Shown: one piece after another, positions 1-11,153 of the stretch
Layout of the letters: each line of letters begins with the position of its first letter
How positions within the stretch are numbered: position 1 is the stretch's first letter
Assembly: GCF_004010195.1 (NCBI RefSeq)
Contig: NC_057720.1
Location: forward strand, 33,822,311 to 33,842,310
Source: Chiloscyllium plagiosum
Taxonomy: Eukaryota
Direction of reading: 5' to 3'
Length of the DNA stretch: 20,000 bases
Program-made: the position numbers and the translations under genes
Notes under the pieces: generated by a model
What the model saw: the letters and a program-made list of their open reading frames with translations, nothing else
What the model was told of the DNA's origin: nothing
The model's database searches: none

Positions 1-2318
1 GCCAAATGGAATGCCAGAGTCATGTGATTATACACCTACCTAAACTTCATTCTGATTAACATTCCTAACAACCAGTGTTGTCTTTTCATTTCCTCTGCAG
101 AATAATTTTTCAATTGAAATGCAAAGGAAAGAATATTTTTGCAAAAATATATTGTCGGACCAAAGTATTAATTAATGTACTTGCTGAAATGTAGTGGTGC
201 TATTGCTCTGAATAAATGTATGAATAAAGGCATTGAATGAATGCTGTTCACGTGCACCTGCCAATAATTCCCTGTGATCATGCTCATAATGACTTCAGAA
301 ATTATGGGCCACATTTTCCATGGAGTGATGTTATCAGTCAGATTGTCACTGCTCCAATATTGTTATGTAAAGAAGATTTCTAACAGAAGATTCTGATCTG
401 AGCTACTTCAGAAATGCAGAGTGGACCTTTAGTCCCTCATAGTGTAAGTTGTCCGGGGAAGTCAAACCTCTTCACAATAGTAGTTGCTGCATTCTGTGCA
501 TTAAATGTCCAGCATCACAGCCACTTTGACAGCTCCTGTGATAGGGTCAGTATGTATGGTAAGCATGAGGTTAGAGTGCCAGGTAGGCAGGGTGCATGTG
601 AGTAGGGGATAATATACAGGAGCCGAGTGGTAGAACTGCCAGGTAAGTCGGGAATAGGGTGTCAGCTATGTATTGTGCCAGGGTGTCGGGTTGGTATGAG
701 CCAGAGCGTAAGGTGGGAAGGAGGACCACATACATGATGGAGTGTTTCGATGGGTAGAGGATATTAGGGAGCAGGTGCCAGGGTTGAGGAGACAGAGATG
801 TTTTTGGGTTCTAGAGACACAGCGCTCTGGGGAATAGAAAATGTTATGTCCGGAGTTGAGCAATGAGGGTTGTCAGGGCCGATGGCAGGCTAGGTGGAGG
901 TGGGGTTGTATTCTTGGGGAGAGGGCAGTGTGTCAGCTCCAGCAGAAGGGACAATGTTATATCTGCTGACGCAGGGTGTACTTCCAGTTACAGCAGATGG
1001 GGTGATCTATGGGATGCTGTCTAATCCCAGGAGAGAGGGGTATCAGGTCAGGATCAAGGGCTAATGGAGGGGGTCTAAATGATTTTCGATGGGTGGAGGT
1101 GGGTGTGATTTATTGGGGGGTCAATTTAATTGCTCCCCATGCATTAGACTCTGTTTTTTATAGTCTAGTTTTTCATGGCTAATTATTAACTTAAGAGCAA
1201 GGGAACTCTCCGAATCTACAATCTAAACAATTCTTTCAGAGGGTTCCAGGCACCGGGAAATTTTCAATTGCCTGAGCAATTCCTCAGAGTCTTCTATATC
1301 AGTAATTCTGCGGGTTTCCAAGGAGCCTATCCCTTTTACGCTGCAGGAGCAACTATCTGACTATCTGAAAATCCATGCCTCTGTAATTGAAGTCTGTGGT
1401 GTAGTTGGAGCCATGTACAGAATCATTGTGGCCGTGTAGTTAGTTAGGAGGAGGAGGTGGAATAATTTAAGAAAATGAATTCAACTTGGCTCTAAATGGG
1501 ATTTAATTGAGGAGATAGCAGTCTCTCAGTCTGTCTGTCTCTTGCTCTCCATGCTTTTAATCACCATTAGAATTCCAATTACGTCTTGGAAACAAGTCAG
1601 CTCTTACATTGGTTATTTTTTTAAAAAGTTTCTATGAAGGTGACGTCTGTCCCTGTGAAAGTGTTGCACAGCATTCCCCTTATCTTTAAGCGTGCAATTC
1701 TTTGTGGCTGAATTTTAAAACGGTGCTGATGACATTATTGGAGTAATTGGCTGAGCAAAATTGCAGATCCTGACAGTGCGCAGGAGTTGAATTAAGATTC
1801 AGTAGAAATATAGTCATTAACCAAATGATACTTCAGCTGCCACTTGAATTGGTCTTGCACGCTGTGGCTCTGTAACACCCCTAAGCCAGTTCCTTTGAAT
1901 ATGCCCTCAGTATTCATTGTTTAAATCAGACTAAGAATAATGTAACTTCCTCGTGTTTAGCAATGTTATCTGGTGAGTGTGGTCCAGAATTTCCCATCAA
2001 TTTGTACCTAAAAGACAGTAAAGGTTTCATGCCCTGTTAACTTAAAGCGCAAAGTATCAAGGACATTCAGTTGCAATTTTAAAGCTGCACCCAAATTCCC
2101 AAAGCTGTTACACAGGTTCTTTGGCTCAGACCCAAGGATGAACCTAGTTTGCAGATATAGGTACAATATTCCTTCAGGCACAGGCTTTGTGTCCTCAAGA
2201 GTGATCTATTTGACTGCAATAAGAAATACACAGAAAGTGGGATGTAACTTGGCATATTGCTGGAAAAAACCAGAATTGCAAAACTTTTGATTTAAAAATT
2301 GTTTTGTGAACTTAAAGT

Positions 2319-2643
2319 GATTAGATTAGATTAGATTCCCTACAGTGTGGAAACAGTCCCTTCGGCCCAACAAGTCCACACCGACCCTTCGAAGAGCAAC
2401 CCACCCAGACCCATTCCCCTACATTCATCCCTGACTAATGCACCTAACACTATGGGCAATTTAGACTGGCCAATTCACCTAACCTGCACATCTTTGGATT
2501 GTGGGAGGAAACCGGAGCACCCGGAGGAAACCCATGCAGACACGGGGAGAATGTGCAAACTCCACACAGACAGTCGCCCGAGGCAGGAATTGAACCCGGG
2601 TTCCTGGCACTGTGAGGCAGCAGTGCTAACCACTGAGCCACTG
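2319..2643 (-). mobile_element. tRNA-derived V-SINE (HE1-like elasmobranch SINE), essentially full length
   Basis: Minus strand reads A-box TGGCTCAGTGG, B-box GGTTCAATTCC, then the V-domain GTGGAGTTTGCACATTCTCCCCGTGTCTGCATGGGTTTCCTCCGGGTGCTCCGGTTTCCTCCCAC, a CR1-like 3' end and an (AATCT)n tail (plus strand gattagattagattagatt from 2319). The overlapping short ORFs are spurious. Confidence 0.9.
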
Positions 2644-3447
2644 AGTTTAAAAAAAAAATCAGAAATGATCAAAATTATTAGATCTGGGTGACTTACTGTG
2701 GGAGTGGGCACTGTGGGGTAAAGCTGGTGTTAATAACAAGAAAAATAATCTTGTTTTTATATACCATAATGATGGCTGATCCATCAATGTTTGAAGTTCT
2801 AAAAATCCCTCTAAAAATGGGAATTTATGCCATGTAGAAAAGTGAAATCCCAGCATGGGCATGTCAAGTCACCATTTTGAAAAGTTGTCTACATCCAACA
2901 CAAAGAATGGGTGTATACTCACACAGCCTGTATCACCCAATTGAACCCTTACACCCACTTACAAGATACGAGTAAACAAAATATGTATTTGTGGGGAGAG
3001 AAAAAAAATGAGGCTGACAACTAATGTGAGTGAAACATGTTCTGGCTGCAAACACGTTTGATTTCTACATTGAGAGCATGCAATCAAATGTGATTTTTAG
3101 GGCCATAAAAATGTGATGACTTTGTATGCCACATTTACTCATATACTCTGATTTGTGGTACTTACAGTATGGAGAAAGTAGAAAGGATTCTGACCTATTT
3201 ATGACCGTGCGCAAGAGACTTATGGAAAGGATCAGTGGTAATTAATGTGAAATTGTTTTATGGTGAAATTTGATTGCTAATTCAATGCTGGTCCCATCAG
3301 ATATGTAACAGAAGTCAAGAGTGTCTTTACATTCTGTTGTGGTTATTATTTTAAAAGTCCCTTCAGTATTGACTGTTTAGGTGCACAGCAAATATCAGCA
3401 TAAATTTGCAATGGCATAAATCATTATATGAACGGTTGTAATGATGG

Positions 3448-3730
3448 AGAGATGGTGGCACACTGGTAATTTCACTGGATCAGTAATCTAGAAACGCAGG
3501 ATAATTCTCCTGGGGACTCATGTTCAAATCCCCCAACAGCAGCTGGAGGAATTTAAATCCACTAACTAAATCAGGAATTGAATTGGATACCAATAATTGG
3601 CAATGATGGCCATAAAACTACTGTCAATTGTTGTTTTAAAAAAACACTTAGTTCACTAATGGCCTTCAGGGAAGGAAACCTGCTAATCTTACCTGGCCTG
3701 GCTACATGTGACTCCAGATCCACAGCAATG
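3448..3730 (+). mobile_element. Degenerate tRNA-derived SINE, family not resolved
   Basis: A-box-like TGGCACACTGG and B-box-like TGTTCAAATCC, followed by GTTCACTAATGGCCTTCAGGGAAGGAAACCTGC...CATGTGACTCCAGATCCACAGCAATG, a body I recognise as a common shark interspersed repeat. Boundaries are approximate. Confidence 0.6.
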
Positions 3731-4090
3731 AAAATATTCAAATGTAGAATTCAAATGAGTGCAGCATAGAGACAGATTAGTCCTGTAGATGAAATTGCAT
3801 AGCATAGGACGTGACTAATGAAGCAATTATTTTCCCAGATAGTTGCTGGAATACACAACAGCAGTGAGAGTTTTCATAGCTTAGTCCCCTTCATCAGCCT
3901 GACTTAACAACTAGTAGTGAGAGTTCCACAACAACAGCAGAATTCAGTGCACATTGTGATGTGCGGTCACCTTCTAATTCGTAAGGATTGACAATACAGG
4001 AAGCCTTGCCAGTGATATAAATACAAGATAACGAGTGCAATGATAATGGCAAGTTTAAAAAATATATTGTACACAAATGTTTCATTTAAA

Positions 4091-5390
4091 TGGATTGGAG
4101 GGCAGCTAATATAACACCGCTATTTAAAAAAGGCAGTAGTGATTTTAAAAAAAGGAAATATCGACCATTTAGCCACATATCAGTCGTTGGGAAATGCTAG
4201 AGTTCATTATAAAAGCTTCAATAGCAGAGCATTTGGAAAACAGTGACTGGATTGGACAGAGTCAGCACGGATTTAAGAAAGAGAAATCATACTTGGCACA
4301 TCTACTTGAATTTTTCAAGAATTAGTAGAATTGATAAGGGGGGGCCTAGAGGATATGGATTATTTGGAGTTTCAGAAGGGTTTTGACAGGTCCGTGAAAA
4401 GAAACTAGCATGTAAATTTTACGCTTATGGGACTCGGGGCAGTGTGATGACATGGATAGAGAACTGATTGGCAGACAGAAAACAAACAGTAATAATAAAC
4501 TGGTCGTTTTTGGAGTGGTAGGCAGTAACTAGTGGGGTGTACCGCAGGAATGAATGCTTGGACCATAGATATTTGGGCGAATGCGTGGCAGATGAAGTGT
4601 GGACGAATGTGAGGTTATCGACTTTGTTAGCAGAAACAGGAACTCAGGTCATCTTCTGAATGTTAATAGATTGAGAAAAGGGGAGGGGCAACAAGAGCTG
4701 GATGTCTTGTACACCAGTTGCTGAAAGCAAACAAGCAAGTGCAGCAGAAGGTGAAGATAGGAAATGGAACTTGGCCTTCCAAGTGGGAGGATTTGAGCAT
4801 GTTGAGGGATGTCTTGCTGCAAATTTATAGGCCTTGGTGAGACCATACCTGAGTATTGTGTGCAGTTTTGGTCTCCTTATCTGAGGAAGGTTGTTCCGGC
4901 TGTGGAGGGAATGCAACAAAGTTTACCAGACTGATTCCTGGGACGGCAGGACTGTTGTTTGAAGAGAAACTTGATTGTTTAGGACAATGTTCATTGGAGT
5001 TTAGAAATATGAGAGAGATCTCATAGTAAACCAGACAACTCTAACAGGATTTGACAGGGCAAACACAGGAAGGATGTTCCCAATGGCCAGGGAGATCAAA
5101 ACAAGTGATCACAGTTAAAGGATAAAGGGTAGGCATTTAGGACTGAGATGAGGAGAAACTTCTTCACCCAGGGAGTGGCGAACCTGTGAATTCTGTGCTA
5201 CAGAAAATGGTTGAGGCCAAACGACTGAATGTTTTCAAGAAGATGTTAGATCTTAGGGCTAAAGGGATCAAAAGGTTTGGGACGAAAGTGGAACAGGATA
5301 TTAGTTTGATCACCAATGATCGTATTGAAAAGCAGTGCAGGCATGAGGAACTGGATGGCCTACTCCTGCACTTAATTTCTATGTTTCTGC
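4091..5390 (+). mobile_element. 5'-truncated, decayed CR1 LINE (ORF2 RT region to 3' tail)
   Basis: Translates across frameshifts to DWRAANITPLFKK...YRP...QSQHGFKKEKSY..HLLEFF...DYLEFQKGFD...VTSG, later LVRPYL..CVQFWSP and RRNFFTQGV. It ends in a CR1-type 3' UTR GATGGCCTACTCCTGCAC...TTTCTATGTTTCT. An internal deletion near 4570 removes the FADD region. Confidence 0.88.
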
Positions 5391-5685
5391 ATTCAAATTT
5401 AAAAGCGACAAATTGGCAGTTTTGCAGATCTGTGTGCACTGTTCCACTGTGTTACTGTACTGAATATTTTGCCGTGGACTATAGGTTAGCTGTTGGAGAA
5501 TAATACTTAAGCTTGCTTGTCACTGATCCTGCACAGACTGCATAATAGTTTAGTTTGGTATCTATGCTGAGCCAGCCCCCATATACCAGTTTTAAGAAGC
5601 AGCCAATTCTGGTAAGCCCTGCACAAATCCATTTATAATCTCACCATTCTTATGAGTTTGCCCATATAAAGCCAAAATGAACATT

Positions 5686-5767
5686 GCTTTTGCCCGAAAC
5701 GTCGATTTCGAAGCTCCTTGGATGCTGACTGAACTGCTGTGCTCTTCCAGCACCATTAATCCAGAAC
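5686..5767 (+). mobile_element. Penelope-like element terminal (pLTR) fragment containing the 3' half of a hammerhead ribozyme motif
   Basis: GCTTTTGCCCGAAACGTCGATTTCG...GGATGCTGACTGAACTGCTGTGCTCTTCCAGCACCA resembles Penelope terminal repeats. GAAAC is present but the upstream CTGATGA core is missing. Confidence 0.6.
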
Positions 5768-6718
5768 TGAATTTATGTGAAACAATCAGATGAATTGCGA
5801 TGCCTGGAGTTATATCTACACTGAAACTGATTACATAATTTAGTATAGAATATTGTAAAAATGTGCTTAGATCATTTATTTTACTGTTTTAAATGAGCCC
5901 ACCACATTAATCAAGACAATGAATTTTTATAAAGAATAGATGAATTTTTCAAAATCACTTTCCAAACTCAGAAAGCCTTCGAATTATTTGGATTGGCAAA
6001 GTGGAAAGCAATTATCATGTCACCAGGTTAAATTCTCCATAAATTGCATTTTAAATTACAAAATCATTAATAAATGAGGCAGAAGTTGTGATGGGTTATT
6101 TCATCTTAATGGATTGCATTGAATTCTCTGTGTAGTTGGTATTCATCCTTTCCAGCTAGTGGCTTATGTTTCAAAACTGCTAAGATAGACTGTTGCTTAT
6201 CAAAGTAAATTGTTTAAATACAATATATTCTGAAACTTTTCTTGTGGATTTTGAAATATATCAGTGAAGTAATTCTTTATGATGCTCAGTTACCTGATAT
6301 GTTTGACTTCCATCTGCCAATGTCCATTTCTTCCCAGCCCATTAAGCTAAACAAATATTGTGTTTAGTTAAGATTGTTCCCCACAATTGACAAATAAGAA
6401 TGTATTTATACATTTTGCTCATTTGTCAGTGTCTAACTGCGTGATGATTACAAAGCTTAAATATCTCCACAAATCTAGTGTGCTTAACCGGATTACTCCT
6501 GATATACTATCCCATTCTTTTCTGTACGAACTATCTATCGACTGTAATTTCCAGTTAGTGACAAATTATAGCCCATTTCATGGCATGCAGTGTGAACTGC
6601 TGTCTAACCTCATTTTATTTAAAAATGTCACAAGCAACGGAGGGTGACTTTTGACCCAACACTTTAAACTGCACTTGTAAGCAGATTGCAGAAATAATTC
6701 CCAAGAGTCTGAAGCAGC

Positions 6719-6800
6719 TTGATTTGATTTGATTTGAGTTATTGTCATGTATGTTTGTTACAAATTCAGTGAGAAGTGTTTAGTGCGGCCACTCTCTGCC
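6719..6800 (-). repeat. (ATTTG)n microsatellite with adjacent sequence, probably the 3' tail of a decayed retroposon
   Basis: ttgatttgatttgatttga at 6719-6737 followed by ttattgtcatgt...cagtgagaagtgttt. The tail interpretation is inference. Confidence 0.4.
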
Positions 6801-7278
6801 GCCATCTTAAAACACAGAAAATAACGCCTGAAAGAAAACCAGTAAAGTAAATCTGATAGTCTTACCTCAATAAAGTTAGGTAGTCTTTGGAACAGCTCTT
6901 GCTTCCAGCTCAGCCATGGGTCTGGATCCAGGCTCCTCCACCCCAATGCCTTGAGTCCCTTCTGCTAAACCGACTACACTGCTGCAACCGCGCTTTGCCA
7001 TGCCATTGCTGGAGAAAAGCTGTGGAGTAATGGCAAGCATTTGTCAGCATTGGTATGAAGGTAACCCTGTAGCATGAAGATGAAAGTCAGTGTGCAAAGA
7101 TGAGATGTTTGGAAAATTGCCCACGTTAGAGCTAAATATAAAATGATTACGGGAGGTGCAATTGTGTTTTGACATCAAAGGAGAGATTGCTTGTGGGCCC
7201 CTCCATTCCAGAATCAGTCTTTTCTCCAGTGTCTATATCCTTTTTGTAATATTGAGATCAAAACTCTGTACATTATTC

Positions 7279-7345
7279 AAAAATAAGAAAGAGTGTTGGA
7301 GAAACTCAGCAGGTTTGGCAATATCTGTGGAGACAGAAAGTCTTA
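7279..7345 (-). mobile_element. Degenerate Penelope terminal-repeat fragment (opposite orientation to 5686-5767)
   Basis: AGTGTTGGAGAAACTCAGCAGGTTTGGCAATATCTGTGG resembles the reverse complement of the GATGCTG..TGA.CTGCTG.G.T.TTCCAGCAC motif at about 5720-5753. Confidence 0.45.
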
Positions 7346-7807
7346 ACAGTATTCTAAATATATACCGACTATTGCTCTATGCAAGTTTAACACAACTTCC
7401 TTTCTCAATTCAATTGAAACTTTCATTTCTATTCCTTGGGAAATTGAATGTTTTCACTTTCTTTTGGTCCTGTTAAAGTGTTGCAATTTTGTTATGAACC
7501 TGAGCTTCTGAAATCCTTTGCACGTAACCAGTTAGACTCTTATTTTCCAAGAAGTGTGATATCTTCTCATTTTTCCAGCCAAAATGCATCACAGAAAAAT
7601 AACCATGAGCTGAATTTTCCCAGCTCTTTTGTGGTGTGAGCAGTGGCAAGAAATGTGGGAAAATCTGATACAATTGCAAAAAACAGAGTCTAACATTTAG
7701 AAGGAAAGTTCCGATTTTCACCTTAACGTTTCAATAGCAAGTTCTGAATCTCTTTAATAAGTAGTTTATTTCCATACATTTACTTTACATTATTAGTTTT
7801 CCACATG

Positions 7808-7920
7808 AGAGCTCTTGTGGTGCAGTGGTAGTGTACCTAACTCTGGCCAAGGAGGCCAGATTCAAATCCCACTTCCTCCTCAAGTGTATAATAACATCTC
7901 TAAACAGGTTGATTAGAAAA
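7808..7920 (+). mobile_element. Short tRNA-derived SINE remnant
   Basis: A-box TGGTGCAGTGG and B-box-like GATTCAAATCC at tRNA-like spacing, followed by a short body ending AGGTTGATTAGAAAA. It does not fold into a full cloverleaf. Confidence 0.55.
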
Positions 7921-8104
7921 CACCGACAACTGTCCCCTCCTCTCCTGAGACACTAGGTAGTCACAATTCCAGACTTAAAAGTCAGAGTTGATTACCTGGC
8001 AGATTGGAGGTTGTTGCTTTCATCTCTGGGATTTCATTTTAATGTCCCTTCATCAACATGTCGTTGAATTCTCCATGGACTGTGTCTCCTGCAGCTTTCT
8101 TCCA

Positions 8105-8783
8105 CCAAAGTCAGTATCAATAAGAGTGACCACTGCCCAGTCCTTGTGGAGACAAAGTGCTGTCTTCACATTGAAGATGCCCTCCAAAATGTCATGTGGC
8201 ACTTTCAGTGTGCGAAATGGAACAGACTTTGAACAGATCTAGCAACTCAAGACTGAGCACCTGTGATGTGCTATGGGCCACATGCAGCAACAGAATTGTA
8301 ATAAGACATCATCTACAACCTCATGGTCTGGCATATCCCCACTGTCTCGGTGCCGTCAAGCCAGGAGATCAATGGTGGTTCAATGAAGGTTCCGGGAGAG
8401 TGTGCCGGAAGCAGCACCGAAATTGAGATGTTAACCTGATGAAGCCACCAAACAAGACTACTTGTGTGTTTTAGCATAAGCAGCAAGTGATAGACACAAC
8501 TAATTGATTCCACAATCAATAGATTAGATCTAAGCTTTGTGTCCCACTACATCCAGTCGTGAATATTGGTGAGAAATTAAATAGCTCATCGGAGGAAGGT
8601 CCACAAATTTCCCATCCTCAATGATGGGGGAGCCCAGCATTCCAGTGGAAGAGCTAAGGCTGAAGCATTTACTAGTTTCAGCCAGAAGTGCCTAGTTGAT
8701 TATCTACTCCTCCAGAATTCTCTAATATCAAAAAACACCAGTCTTCAGCCATTTCCATTCACTCCACATGATATCAAGCAACA
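8105..8783 (+). mobile_element. Old LINE ORF2 fragment (end of APE endonuclease plus linker; CR1/L2-group)
   Basis: APE C-terminal SDH motif (KSDHCPVLV, SDH at 8125-8133), then VMWHF..AKW, KPGDQWWFNE, PILNDGGAQH, KAEAF..FSQKC and LQPFPFTPHDIK. Many stops and frameshifts. Confidence 0.65.
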
Positions 8784-8784
8784 A

Positions 8785-9121
8785 CAGTTAGTAAGTTTGC
8801 AGGTGACACCAAAATGGGAGGCATAATGGACAACGAAGAGGGTTACCTCAGATTACAACAGGATCTGGACCAGATGGGCCAGTGGGCTGAGAAGTGGCAG
8901 ATGGAGTTTAGATCAGATTAATGCGATGTGCAGCATTTTGGGAAAGCAAATCTTAGCAGGACTTATACACTTAATGGTAAGGTCCTAGGGGGTGTTGCTG
9001 AACAAAGAAACCTTGGAGTGCAGGTTCGTAGCTCCTTGAAAGTGGAGTCATAGGTAGATAGGATAGTGAAGAAGGTGTTTGGTATGCTTTCCTTTATTGG
9101 TCAGAGTATTGAGTACAGGAG
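8785..9121 (+). mobile_element. Younger CR1 (HER1-like) LINE RT fragment running into the assembly gap
   Basis: VSKFAGDTKMGGIMDNEEGYLRLQQDLDQMGQWAEKWQMEF...HFGKAN..RTYTLNGKVL...LGVQV...VKKVFGMLSFIGQSIEYR. The FADD motif is mutated to FAGD. Confidence 0.88.
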
Positions 9122-9499
9122 NNNNNNNNNNNNNNNNNNNNNNNNNNNNNNNNNNNNNNNNNNNNNNNNNNNNNNNNNNNNNNNNNNNNNNNNNNNNNNN
9201 NNNNNNNNNNNNNNNNNNNNNNNNNNNNNNNNNNNNNNNNNNNNNNNNNNNNNNNNNNNNNNNNNNNNNNNNNNNNNNNNNNNNNNNNNNNNNNNNNNNN
9301 NNNNNNNNNNNNNNNNNNNNNNNNNNNNNNNNNNNNNNNNNNNNNNNNNNNNNNNNNNNNNNNNNNNNNNNNNNNNNNNNNNNNNNNNNNNNNNNNNNNN
9401 NNNNNNNNNNNNNNNNNNNNNNNNNNNNNNNNNNNNNNNNNNNNNNNNNNNNNNNNNNNNNNNNNNNNNNNNNNNNNNNNNNNNNNNNNNNNNNNNNNN

Positions 9500-10536
9500 A
9501 GTAGCATAGAGTACAATGGGTGAGTGGGGGAGGGGATGAAGGTGATAGGTCAGGGAGGAGAGGGTGAAGTGGATAGGTGGAAAAGGAGGATAGGCAAGTA
9601 GGACAAGTCATGGGGACAGTGCTGAGCTGGAAGTTTGGAACTAGGGGGAGAGAAGGGGAAATGAGGAAACTGTTGAAGTCCACATTGATGCCCTGGGGTT
9701 GAAGTGTTCCGAGGCGGAAGATGAGGCGTTCTTCCTCCAGGCGTCTGGTGGTGAGGGAGTGGCGGTTAAAGAAGCCCAAGGACCTCCATGTCCTTGGCAG
9801 AGTGGGAGGGGGAGTTGAAATGTTGGGCCACAGGGCGGCGTGGTTGATTGGTGCGGGTGTCCCGGAGATGTTCCCTAATGCGCTCTGCTAGGAGGCGCCC
9901 AGTCTCCCCAATGTAGAGGAGACCGTATCGGGAGCAACGGATACAATAAATGATATTAGTGGATGTGCAAGTAAAACTTTGATGGATGTGGGAGGCTCCT
10001 TTAAGGCCTTGGATGGAGGTGAGGGAGGAGGTGTGGGCGCAGGTTTTACAGTTCCTGCGGTGGCAGTGGAAAGTGCCAGGATGGGAGGGTGGGTTGTAGG
10101 GGGGCGTGGACCAGACCAGGTAGTCACGGAGTGAACGGTCTTTGCGGAGGCGGAAAGGGGTGGGGAGGGAAATATATCCCTGGTGGTGGGGTCTTTTTGG
10201 AGGTGGCGGAAATGTCGGCGGATGATTTGGTTTATGCGGAGGTTTGTAGGGTGGAAGGTGAGTACCAGGGGCATTCTGTCCTTGTTACGGTTGGAGGTGT
10301 GGGGTCTGAGGGCGGAGGGATGTAGACGAGATGTGTTGGAGGGCATCTTTAACCACGTGGGAAGGGAAATTGCGGTCTCTAAAGAAGGAGGCCATCTGGT
10401 GTGTTCTGTGATGGAACTGGTCCTCCTGGGAGCAGATACGGCAGAGGCGGAGGAATTGGGAACACGGGATGGCATTTTTGCAAGAGATAGGGTGGGCAGA
10501 GGTGTAATCCAGGTAGCTATGGGAGTCGGTGGGTTT
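9500..10536 (-). mobile_element. Penelope-like retroelement (Neptune-type): RT C-terminus, Cys linker, GIY-YIG endonuclease and 3' UTR; interrupted by the ERV
   Basis: Minus strand reads KPTDSHSYLDYTSAHPISCKNAIPCSQFLRLCRICS, PLVLTFHP, linker CHRRNCKTC, then NIIYCIRCSRYGLLYIGETGRLLAERIREHL (YIG at 9907-9915), VAQHFNSPSH and RRLEEERLIFRLGTLQPQGIN. Several frameshifts, for example at about 9780. Confidence 0.92.
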
Positions 10537-10647
10537 TGTTGGACTTTGGCTCAATCTACCAACTTACTTTCTTCTTTGTGTGAGCCCAGTCCTGCGTGTT
10601 CTTTTAAATGAAGCAATAGGAGAAGATATTTGGTCTCACACTCTTAA

Positions 10648-10653
10648 TTTATT
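10648..10653 (-). terminator. LTR polyadenylation signal AATAAA
   Basis: Plus strand tttatt, about 120 nt downstream of the TATA box and conserved in the 5' LTR copy. Confidence 0.75.
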
Positions 10654-10769
10654 TTAAACAGTAAGTGGACAAAGCATTCAGAGCTCTGGGTCTAAACCTT
10701 TTTGTCCCTGACAAACTACAAAGTGTGCCAGTTCAAAAAGTAAGACCTCGTTCTGTCCCTGCCCCAGTC

Positions 10770-10852
10770 TTTTATACCATAAAAAACGTCATATAAACAC
10801 TGAGGTAGAATTATCTTCTGATTGGGTGTTGATCTGACTCCATTCCCCGCCT
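10770..10852 (-). promoter_or_regulatory. LTR core promoter: GC box, CCAAT box, TATA box
   Basis: Minus strand AGGCGGGG (10845-10852), CCAAT (10821-10825) and TATAAAA (10770-10776) in gammaretrovirus-like order and spacing. Confidence 0.75.
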
Positions 10853-10877
10853 CCTCGCATTCCCGGATGTCCGACCC

Positions 10878-11048
10878 CACGTGACCTTCTTTTACCCGCG
10901 AAACGGAGTATCACGTGACCTCCTCGGCCCGCTTCCGGGGCGCGAAACGGGACGTCACGTGACCGCCCCGTACTCTTCCGGGCGCGAAACGGGACGTCAC
11001 GTGACCTCCCCGCACTCTTCCGGGCGCGAAACGGGATGTCACATGACT
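10878..11048 (-). promoter_or_regulatory. U3 enhancer: ~42-bp tandem repeat array (about 4 units)
   Basis: CGCGAAAC at 10897, 10941, 10983 and 11025. CACGTG at 10878, 10912, 10956 and 10998, with CACATG at 11040. CTTCCGG at 10932, 10975 and 11017. Confidence 0.85.
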
Positions 11049-11153
11049 GCCCCCTGCGTGGGTTACACAGCGTCACCACAGGCTTCTGAATGCTGAATCC
11101 ATCCACAGTCACAGCCAGCCTTCTGTTTTTCAAGTAAGCCATATATTTACAAG

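Larger units (their letters stand above)
10537..11151 (-). repeat. 3' LTR (615 bp)
   Basis: TGT...ACA termini. It follows the PPT, its R/U5 part matches 19852-20000, and it contains GC box, CCAAT, TATA and AATAAA in the correct order on the minus strand. Confidence 0.95.

Noticed and set aside
80..175. Splice acceptor (ttttcatttcctctgcag) and exon
   Set aside because: No convincing donor or recognisable peptide follows, so support is insufficient.
2347..2862. Overlapping short ORFs
   Set aside because: They lie in or next to a non-coding V-SINE, and no coding signal is evident.
7808..7875. Functional tRNA gene
   Set aside because: A and B boxes are present but there is no consistent cloverleaf, so it is better explained as a SINE head.
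9048..9516. Long ORFs spanning N runs (also 15248-16120 and 17785-18895)
   Set aside because: Artefacts of translating through assembly gaps.
10878..11048. CRISPR-like repeat array
   Set aside because: The units are contiguous tandem repeats without unique spacers, in a eukaryotic LTR with no cas genes.
10789..11142. 117-aa ORF in U3 as a possible accessory gene
   Set aside because: It is largely the translation of the 42-bp (multiple of 3) GC-rich enhancer repeat, which stays open by composition. No protein motif is recognisable.
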